54,079 nt of DNA from a virus (Duplodnaviria; Caudoviricetes), in IMG/VR virus record IMGVR_UViG_3300027734_000092, positions 1-54,079 of that record; one strand, written 5' to 3'. Of this stretch, positions 7,987 through 14,061 are shown one piece after another (positions within the stretch are counted from its first letter, which is position 1; every line of letters begins with the position of its first letter). Under the pieces are notes generated by a model. That model ran no database searches. It was not told where the DNA came from and worked only from the letters and a program-made list of their open reading frames with translations. The translations under genes were made by a program, and so were the position numbers.

Positions 7987-8265
7987 TTACGCTGGCAGGG
8001 TTTCTAATTCCAATACCTCTGCACTTGTTAGCACTTTGTAGCCCTGCTTCTCTAAGTAGGCAATGTATGTTGCATTTTTTTGTGCTTTTGCTTTTGCAAT
8101 AGCGGCGGGCATGGCTTTGTCTATTGCGTTATGTAATGCAGTTAAACCTTTGCCGTATTTTATATACGCATGTTGTGCGGGACCGGAAATGCGGGTACCC
8201 CCACCAAATACAAGTGCATTTGCTTTGTCTTCTGCTACTTGCTTAATAAAACTGTTCCAACTCAT
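7987..8265 (-). CDS. Hypothetical protein
   Basis: 92 aa; AGGAG RBS. Confidence 0.7.
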   Translation of the reverse strand: MSWNSFIKQVAEDKANALVFGGGTRISGPAQHAYIKYGKGLTALHNAIDKAMPAAIAKAKAQKNATYIAYLEKQGYKVLTSAEVLELETLPA

Positions 8266-8266
8266 C

Positions 8267-8669
8267 TGTGCTCCTGTTAAAAATGTATTATAACATAAAA
8301 CAAAAGCCCGCGCTTGTGGCGGGCTATTGTACTAACTGCAACAGAACATGTTGCTGTTAATTAACTTATTATTTTCAATGTAACGGAGTACGCTAATGTA
8401 ATACTCGCGTACTAGGGTGTCCTGATACATAATACTATTGTGTAACGCTTGTGCGTCTTTGTTTTTATTAAATGCAACTAAAGCATTAATATTATATGCA
8501 ACGTCGTCTGCGTACATACTTAAACTGCTACTGTCGTCTCCATCAGTAACAAAAGTATTAATATAGTCCTCTGTAGTTTTAAGCATTAAACGCTGTAGTT
8601 TTAAAAAATGGACTGCTGTAACTTTGCGCATAGTGTGTGCTCCTGTTAAAAATGTATTATAACATAAAA
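8267..8669. repeat. 34-bp exact direct repeat covering -10, leader and RBS, at 8267-8300 and 8636-8669
   Basis: TGTGCTCCTGTTAAAAATGTATTATAACATAAAA in both places. Confidence 0.85.
8332..8631 (-). CDS. Hypothetical protein
   Basis: 99 aa, no Pro; RBS and promoter. Confidence 0.7.
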   Translation of the reverse strand: MRKVTAVHFLKLQRLMLKTTEDYINTFVTDGDDSSSLSMYADDVAYNINALVAFNKNKDAQALHNSIMYQDTLVREYYISVLRYIENNKLINSNMFCCS

Positions 8670-8684
8670 TGGACTATTGTGCAA
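8656..8684 (-). promoter_or_regulatory. sigma70-type promoter
   Basis: TTGCAC-17-TATAAT with extended -10 TG. Confidence 0.65.
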
Positions 8685-8708
8685 GTGTATACACAATAGC
8701 CCTCCAAT

Positions 8709-8939
8709 TTAGTAGGGTACTACTGTGTTTGTGCGTAGTTGTGCTTTAGCGCGGAGAATAGCGTTGTTAATACTATATTGTACATATTCCGCAGAATCTG
8801 TAGTATTTGCTATGTCCCCTGTTATTAGTGCTGTATTTTTTACAGTAATACGATTGTATGCATCGAACGTAAAAACTACGCGATATGTTTTATTTTTGGT
8901 AGTTACTACTTTGTAGTACAGTTTGCAATTTGTTTGCAT
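8709..8939 (-). CDS. Hypothetical protein
   Basis: Start reassigned to MQTNCK after GGAG. Confidence 0.7.
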   Translation of the reverse strand: MQTNCKLYYKVVTTKNKTYRVVFTFDAYNRITVKNTALITGDIANTTDSAEYVQYSINNAILRAKAQLRTNTVVPY

Positions 8940-8966
8940 GTCTGCTCCTTTAGTGTTTAAGTGTGT

Positions 8967-8995
8967 AGTATAACACAAAAGGAAAAACCTGTCAA
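8967..8995 (-). promoter_or_regulatory. sigma70-type early promoter
   Basis: TTGACA-17-TATACT plus shared leader. Confidence 0.85.
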
Positions 8996-9007
8996 CCAAA
9001 GACCCTA

Positions 9008-9535
9008 TTAGGTGTAGGGCTTCTTGTAAAAGATGTGCTGGCCAATCTGTTGTATTTTCACAACACTCTTGGTCCATAGGGGCTTAACATAGTCCGCATG
9101 GTAGTAGGTGCTTTGGAACAATGAGGGAACACGGACTCCTTTATCTAGCACGGTTCTTGCTACCGTTAGACTCTCTGCCCATAGCTCGCCCTTAGGCTGT
9201 TCCCGGACCTTTCGCTTGTTCAGCGTCCATGAGAACTGAGCTTTCGCATAGACCACATCGCAGATTGAGTGACCCCAACGGCCGGTCTTGAGTCTGTTGA
9301 GGGTGACCTGGGCGACAGCGAACTTGCCTTCAATGGGTTCCACCCCTGCTTCGTGATAGATGTTCTTGGCCAGACATTGGGCGTCTGCTGTAGTATACTT
9401 GAGGCGCTCAGGGGTTCGAACCAGGAACTGTTTGATCTCTTGAACGTCATCATGTACCACCTGTATTTCCATTTGAATGAAACCTAGAACAGCCACTAGG
9501 GCTGTTCCGGTCACAATGGTCTGAACCTTATTCAT
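9008..9535 (-). CDS. SleB-like cell wall hydrolase (Hydrolase_2)
   Basis: CLAKNIYHEAG.E...AVAQVTLNR...QFSW...YYHADYVKP.W...IGQHIFY; N-terminal TM. Confidence 0.9.
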   Translation of the reverse strand: MNKVQTIVTGTALVAVLGFIQMEIQVVHDDVQEIKQFLVRTPERLKYTTADAQCLAKNIYHEAGVEPIEGKFAVAQVTLNRLKTGRWGHSICDVVYAKAQFSWTLNKRKVREQPKGELWAESLTVARTVLDKGVRVPSLFQSTYYHADYVKPLWTKSVVKIQQIGQHIFYKKPYT

Positions 9536-9650
9536 CCTCTTCCTCTTCCTCGCTAGGAGGATAGAACGCTACACTTACCCCGTCAAAGCCCTGTAGGCTA
9601 TCAACTTCATACTTCACTGGGCAGGATTGAAGCCATGTCCAAAAGTCCAT
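9528..9650 (-). CDS. Small hypothetical protein (40 aa, not in ORF track)
   Basis: MDFWTWLQSCPVKYEVDSLQGFDGVSVAFYPPSEEEEDE; GGAG upstream; fills the gap. Confidence 0.55.
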   Translation of the reverse strand: MDFWTWLQSCPVKYEVDSLQGFDGVSVAFYPPSEEEEEDE

Positions 9651-9651
9651 G

Positions 9652-10290
9652 TTACTCCTCCACTTTCAGTTCAATACCCTTCTTCTCTGCACCTTCTTTG
9701 GTCCAAGTGTAGAGCTCTTCGTCTTCTTGATTGTCTTCTTCCCACATACGCAGGTTCTCTACGATGCACATGCACTCGTCAACTTCATCATTAATGGCTT
9801 TATCTACTTCATCTGCACTCATGTCAGTGTAGTCAAAGTAGTCATCACCATTCTCATCAAAGATGCCGCAGTAGCACATGCCTGATTCCCAATAGATCAA
9901 CTTGACCTTAAAGCCCAAGTCCTGGAACTTCTCCATGGCCGCAATGGGTGGTGCCCAGGCTGAATCAAAGTTCAATTGGAGGTCGGTAGGGCTGTCCTGG
10001 CTAGCCTGACCATCTCCGCCTACATCCCACTTGGTTCCCCACTCGTTGACGCAGTAGTCATACCAGTTGGCATAGCCATGCACCTCTATGTTCCGGGCTG
10101 TATCCTCTTCCAGTTTCTTCTGTGCAGGGTCATTCTCGTCACCTACGCAACCTGCTACGATATGTAGGCTTGCTGGCACTGGGCAGAACTCTTCTAAGAG
10201 TTTACCATTAGTAAAGGCTGTCTTGGCCCGCTCAATCATAGCAGGGTCTTCGTGTTCTAGTTCGAGATAGTTGTTGCACCAATTAGGCAT
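9652..10290 (-). CDS. DUF1281/YubB ferredoxin-like domain protein
   Basis: MPNWCNN...WYDYCVNEWGTKWD...FDSAWAPP signature. Confidence 0.8.
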   Translation of the reverse strand: MPNWCNNYLELEHEDPAMIERAKTAFTNGKLLEEFCPVPASLHIVAGCVGDENDPAQKKLEEDTARNIEVHGYANWYDYCVNEWGTKWDVGGDGQASQDSPTDLQLNFDSAWAPPIAAMEKFQDLGFKVKLIYWESGMCYCGIFDENGDDYFDYTDMSADEVDKAINDEVDECMCIVENLRMWEEDNQEDEELYTWTKEGAEKKGIELKVEE

Positions 10291-10444
10291 TGTGAGGCTC
10301 CTCAATTTTTAGGTTGGACAAAAGTGCTTCTAGGACATCGTAAGCCATCTGCCAACGATCCCCGGGAATGTTATAGACTTGATTCGTTGCATCCTCAAGG
10401 GTAGCCAGGGCCTCCTTGATTCTGTATTGCTCAACAGTAAGCAT
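10283..10444 (-). CDS. Hypothetical protein
   Basis: Start MLTVEQ, TGATG coupling. Confidence 0.6.
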   Translation of the reverse strand: MLTVEQYRIKEALATLEDATNQVYNIPGDRWQMAYDVLEALLSNLKIEEPHNA

Positions 10445-10710
10445 CACACCCCCATCTCGTAGAACGAAACAGTAGGATCTACAGTCAGCAGTTCCTCTGC
10501 ACAACGAGTAAGAAAGCGGGCCTTCTCGCGAACCTGTGCACCACGCAACTCGCCATCGCAGGTCAAGTTCTCTGGGCTCATCTCGCTGTCAATGCTGTTG
10601 GCAATAGCCTGGCGATCTTGTTTATTCAGCAGGCTCAGTGGCTTCTGATTAAAAATGGCACGCCAGCGGTTCTTTTGCTCTACATAGGTTTCCAGTGCTT
10701 GAATGTTCAT
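10444..10710 (-). CDS. Hypothetical phage protein
   Basis: SPENLTCDGE motif; promoter and RBS. Confidence 0.75.
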   Translation of the reverse strand: MNIQALETYVEQKNRWRAIFNQKPLSLLNKQDRQAIANSIDSEMSPENLTCDGELRGAQVREKARFLTRCAEELLTVDPTVSFYEMGV

Positions 10711-10728
10711 CTATCGCTCCTTAAGTGT

Positions 10729-10971
10729 TTAAGTGTATAGTATAGCAGGTTTTACCAGTTCTGTCAACTTCTTTATAGGATCCTGTGGCCCTTTTGCAAC
10801 AACCTTAAAGTCTCTATGCTTAGGGTCAAAGCCTATAGGTTTGCTGAACATCTTGTGCTCGTTGGTGCGGGCTTTGATGTAACCATACATCACCCGCTTG
10901 TCGTCGCTGAGCAAGTAGATGTTATTGGGGATGTCATCTCCCCAATCTGTAGTTTCTAAGTAGAACTTCAT
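10729..10971 (-). CDS. Hypothetical phage protein
   Basis: ETTDW..PN..YLL motif; its C-terminus reads through the next promoter. Confidence 0.7.
   Translation of the reverse strand: MKFYLETTDWGDDIPNNIYLLSDDKRVMYGYIKARTNEHKMFSKPIGFDPKHRDFKVVAKGPQDPIKKLTELVKPAILYT
10739..10767 (-). promoter_or_regulatory. sigma70-type early promoter
   Basis: TTGACA-17-TATACT plus shared leader. Confidence 0.85.
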
Positions 10972-11234
10972 TACATTGACCAGTAAGATTCGCTGGATGG
11001 GCTACAGTAGTTGGGCGTGTCATAGCGTTCCATGAACTTGCCACCACCCATCATGTTGGTCCGCTCAACCATTGTAACATGAATCTCGTAGCGGTAGCCC
11101 TTGCTGGCCGGATACTGTGAATCATAGACTTCAGTCAGCACTGACTGGCTGTGAGTGCTGTGGTCTGTCTTCCGTACTAGACGCTCGCCTGAGTTCTTGC
11201 GCTTGTCTGCTTTATAAAGTTCTACTGTATACAT
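10971..11234 (-). CDS. Hypothetical phage protein
   Basis: C-terminal TP.YCSPSSESYWSM motif. Confidence 0.75.
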   Translation of the reverse strand: MYTVELYKADKRKNSGERLVRKTDHSTHSQSVLTEVYDSQYPASKGYRYEIHVTMVERTNMMGGGKFMERYDTPNYCSPSSESYWSM

Positions 11235-11262
11235 ATATCGTTCTCCTTAGTGTCTAGTGTAT

Positions 11263-11291
11263 AGTATAGCACAGGTTTTACCATTTGTCAA
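11263..11291 (-). promoter_or_regulatory. sigma70-type early promoter
   Basis: TTGACA-17-TATACT. Confidence 0.85.
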
Positions 11292-11361
11292 TCAAAAAAA
11301 GGAGGGTGTTGCGTATAAACAACAACACCCCCTAAAGGCCCGCACTACCGGGCCGGAGCAA

Positions 11362-11688
11362 TCAATCTAACCTGCTACCTGCGTAGGCCTCCAAGCCCAA
11401 CGAACGGAGGTACTCTGCCATAGCCTCTGCACCCGCTTCCAGGGTGTCCACATTCTGTACGAACATACCGCTTGGATTCCAAAGTTGGAGTCCGCCTGTG
11501 TAGCTCTTGCTGAAACCTTCTTTAACCAGCTCCTTGCCCTGCTTTGAGTTACTACGGACACCATGCACCGTTACCCAAGCAAAGCCACAAGCGAACTGAT
11601 CGCGCCCGCCCAGCTTCTCTTGAAAGAACTTGGCACTTGCCTTGTTAGCCAGTACCTTACCAACTTGAACTTGATCTGCTGTAATCAT
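11362..11688 (-). CDS. Hypothetical phage protein
   Basis: CGFAWV...EAGAEAMA...SRLD motif. Confidence 0.75.
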   Translation of the reverse strand: MITADQVQVGKVLANKASAKFFQEKLGGRDQFACGFAWVTVHGVRSNSKQGKELVKEGFSKSYTGGLQLWNPSGMFVQNVDTLEAGAEAMAEYLRSLGLEAYAGSRLD

Positions 11689-11716
11689 CTATCGCTCCTT
11701 AAGTGTTTAAGTGTAT

Positions 11717-11745
11717 AGTATAACATCAAAGGTTTTACCTGTCAA
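11717..11745 (-). promoter_or_regulatory. sigma70-type early promoter
   Basis: TTGACA-17-TATACT plus shared leader. Confidence 0.85.
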
Positions 11746-11966
11746 CCCCATACCTTGAATAACCCTACGGCGCATACGGCTATAGCTACAACGTTAACAA
11801 TCATCTGTGGCTTATTTGCCACACGTACAGTCCAAGCTAGATAGCACATCCCGCCCAGCAACCCAAAGAGCGGATCCAATTGGAACTCCCTGAAGAAGTT
11901 CATGAGCACGTACATTGCCAAGATGCATACAGTACCGGCCCACTGAAGTACTTCATTGATTCGCAT
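11742..11966 (-). CDS. Small three-TM membrane protein
   Basis: Hydrophobic 74 aa. Confidence 0.7.
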   Translation of the reverse strand: MRINEVLQWAGTVCILAMYVLMNFFREFQLDPLFGLLGGMCYLAWTVRVANKPQMIVNVVAIAVCAVGLFKVWG

Positions 11967-12177
11967 AAGACCTCAGAGCTTTCTGGTACTCCCGCCAATT
12001 GCCATAGCTCCTAGCATTACCTTGCCAAGCTACTACCACGGTGCCGCTGGGTTTAACACCCCAAAAGCGTCCTCGCCATGCTGGCCCATCTGTTCCTGTG
12101 TAGACCCACTGTCCGGGAGTCAGCTTTCGCATTTCATCTAGACCCATCGGGCCTATGTCAATAACCTTCTTGTACAT
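11953..12177 (-). CDS. Hypothetical protein
   Basis: 74 aa, coupled to upstream gene. Confidence 0.65.
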   Translation of the reverse strand: MYKKVIDIGPMGLDEMRKLTPGQWVYTGTDGPAWRGRFWGVKPSGTVVVAWQGNARSYGNWREYQKALRSYANQ

Positions 12178-12893
12178 TATGCCGCCTCCTTCAAACGGAT
12201 TACGAATCCGCTGTAGTCCTTCTTAGCCTTGCCCTTAGCCTTAAGGCCAGCAATCACACCTTTGGGATCTAAGAAGCGCAAGTCTGTTTCGTCAGCATTA
12301 ATAACAGTCTTGCCCTTGTAAGTCTCAGGCACTTCGTCAAAGACAGCGGCTACATTCATACCTTGTGCCATTGCTTTGGTTACGTCTGCTTCGTTGCCAT
12401 CTGCTTGGCTAAAGATTAAGAAGTAATTGTCATAGCCTGCCTTACGACCCAACACCTTAGTGTAGTCATAGAACTGAATGTCTGGGAAGCATTCAAATAC
12501 ATTCAAGCCCGGAAGCATGTCGTACTTCTCCCAGCTCAAGTCACTAGTACCGTTCAACCGGAACACTGGCTTCAAGCCCAGCTTAGCCGCTAGTTTAATG
12601 CCCTTCTCAATGTCGTGCTTCAAGTCTAACATGAAGTCCATACGAGCATCGTAGAAGTACTTGGTCTTGCGAATGCGAGCTTTCTGGATAGTATTGGTAC
12701 TCTCGCCGCGTTTGAACATGCCGCCGCGCCCTGCTGTATTAAGGCAAGCCGCTTTGCATCCTGCTGTAGCCTTAGGGCAAGTATTATGTCCGCTCAAGTC
12801 TGCTGGAGCAAGGTGTAAGATGAATGAAAGATAGCCCAGCTTCGTGCCCTTTTGGATCTTCGGGTTCGCTGTAGAAAGTAGTTTGAATGTCAT
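12177..12893 (-). CDS. GP88-family protein (Cys-rich, possibly Fe-S binding)
   Basis: CPKATAGCKAAC, RLNGTSD, FYDYTK, DLRFLD motifs. Confidence 0.75.
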   Translation of the reverse strand: MTFKLLSTANPKIQKGTKLGYLSFILHLAPADLSGHNTCPKATAGCKAACLNTAGRGGMFKRGESTNTIQKARIRKTKYFYDARMDFMLDLKHDIEKGIKLAAKLGLKPVFRLNGTSDLSWEKYDMLPGLNVFECFPDIQFYDYTKVLGRKAGYDNYFLIFSQADGNEADVTKAMAQGMNVAAVFDEVPETYKGKTVINADETDLRFLDPKGVIAGLKAKGKAKKDYSGFVIRLKEAA

Positions 12894-12920
12894 AGTCTGC
12901 TCCTTTAGTGTCTAGTGTAT

Positions 12921-12949
12921 AGTATAGCACGGTTTTACCACTTTGTCAA
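12921..12949 (-). promoter_or_regulatory. sigma70-type early promoter
   Basis: TTGACA-17-TATACT. Confidence 0.85.
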
Positions 12950-12968
12950 CCCCTAATGGAAAGACCCT

Positions 12969-13187
12969 TTAGCAGTCAGGGTCAAAGCTCATCCACTCGT
13001 CGTACTCGCTGGGCTGTCCGTCGTACTCCGGCTCGTCTGCTTCGCGGATCACCACTTCGCCATCGCTGTCCAACTCTACGAACGGATGACTGTATCCATC
13101 GTAGGTCTCGTCGCTTCCACGCAAGATAACGTGGGCGTCTTCAGGCATCTTGCTCAACGCCTCTATCAAGTCTTTTACGGTTGTCAT
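12969..13187 (-). CDS. Hypothetical protein
   Basis: Start MTTVKDLI after GGAG; C-terminal YDGQPSEYDEW.SFDPDC. Confidence 0.7.
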   Translation of the reverse strand: MTTVKDLIEALSKMPEDAHVILRGSDETYDGYSHPFVELDSDGEVVIREADEPEYDGQPSEYDEWMSFDPDC

Positions 13188-13227
13188 AATCTGCTCCTTT
13201 GTTTCTGTTTGCTTCTTTATTGTCTCT

Positions 13228-13256
13228 AGTATAACACCGGTTTTACCATCTGTCAA
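13228..13256 (-). promoter_or_regulatory. sigma70-type early promoter
   Basis: TTGACA-17-TATACT. Confidence 0.85.
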
Positions 13257-13275
13257 CCCCTAGTTTAAAGACCCT

Positions 13276-13464
13276 TCAATCTATCTGGATATCAACTAGT
13301 CTGCCGTCCCTAAAGATGTAGTACTCGTTGAGTTGACCGTAGTAGGCCCAGATGCAGTCGTTGCCCTGAGTGAGTGTATAGTTCTCAACACCCTTGTTCT
13401 GTAGATGCTCTGCTACAATCATCACTTCTAGTTCGTTTAGAGTCTTGTCTATCGTAATCATCAA
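13276..13464 (-). CDS. Hypothetical protein
   Basis: 62 aa; GAGG RBS. Confidence 0.65.
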   Translation of the reverse strand: MMITIDKTLNELEVMIVAEHLQNKGVENYTLTQGNDCIWAYYGQLNEYYIFRDGRLVDIQID

Positions 13465-13799
13465 TCACCTCTTGTATCTGTATTCAGCATGGGCTTGACT
13501 GCCCTGCGTATTTTAACTTCTTCTTTGTGAGCTTCTGCTTTACCGCGTATGACAGCATGAATCTTAATCTCAATTTCGTTCTTGTCGTTGAGCTTACGAA
13601 GTTCTGCGCAGAGCAACCAATCCTTGCCCTCTGTCTTAGCACGATAGAAATGCTTTGCGGCACGAGCACGAACGCTCTTTTGTATAGTAGTCTCAGTCTT
13701 AGCAGTCACGCCTATGTAGTTCTTGCCGTTAACGACAAGCTCGTAGACGATGTGATTGCGATCGACTCGTTTTTTGCGGGTGGCTTTTTCTAAGTTCAT
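13461..13799 (-). CDS. GIY-YIG-like nuclease domain protein
   Basis: HIVY...YIGVT, R..KH, EE and LN motifs; start MNLEK. Confidence 0.65.
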   Translation of the reverse strand: MNLEKATRKKRVDRNHIVYELVVNGKNYIGVTAKTETTIQKSVRARAAKHFYRAKTEGKDWLLCAELRKLNDKNEIEIKIHAVIRGKAEAHKEEVKIRRAVKPMLNTDTRGD

Positions 13800-13805
13800 G
13801 TGTGT

Positions 13806-13834
13806 AGTATAACACGGTTTTACCACCTTGTCAA
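13806..13834 (-). promoter_or_regulatory. sigma70-type early promoter (probably leaderless transcript)
   Basis: TTGACA-17-TATACT, then 6 nt, then ATG. Confidence 0.8.
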
Positions 13835-13907
13835 CCACTTTGATCTTACCCGAGTAGACTGTAGGGTCTTTGGTGTTGTTTTAGCGCCACACCGCCGGCA
13901 CTCCTAG

Positions 13908-13958
13908 ATGCGAATAGTTCTTATTACGATCTAGGCTAAATGCGAATAGTTCTTATTA
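13908..13958. repeat. 19-bp direct repeat, Fur-box-like
   Basis: ATGCGAATAGTTCTTATTA at 13908-13926 and 13940-13958. Confidence 0.8.
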
Positions 13959-13964
13959 AGGATA

Positions 13965-14042
13965 TGGTGGGCCCCCCGTGAGTCGAACACGGCACCAATG
14001 GATTATGAGTCCACTGCTCTAACCAACATGAGCTAGGGGCCC
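13965..14042 (-). tRNA. tRNA with CAU anticodon, most likely tRNA-Ile2 (lysidine type)
   Basis: GGGCCCC/GGGGCCC acceptor stem, encoded CCA, CCGTG-TTCGACT-CACGG T-arm, CTCATAA loop; resembles ileX rather than tRNA-Met; extended -10 TGCTATAAT just upstream. Confidence 0.9.
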
Positions 14043-14061
14043 TTGCTATATTATAGCAGGT

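Noticed and set aside
6810-7994. GA/GG absence as simple codon bias or low GC
   Set aside because: It holds across codon junctions and intergenic DNA, G is plentiful, the opposite strand is unaffected, and shared motifs are altered to comply.
2101-13834. Repeated ~50-bp sequence as a CRISPR array
   Set aside because: Copies are imperfect, separated by whole genes of variable length, and resolve into -35/-10/RBS elements; no cas genes in the window.
2322-13838. N-terminal extensions in the ORF track (e.g. MVLYYTLKHLG, MVKTVLYYTLKHLG, MTKGKTG, MTDGKTG, MDQECC)
   Set aside because: They are translations of the promoter cassette; the likely starts follow the GGAG.
13965-14042. tRNA as a prophage attachment site
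   Set aside because: No integrase or duplicated tRNA 3' end seen, and both flanks look phage-like.
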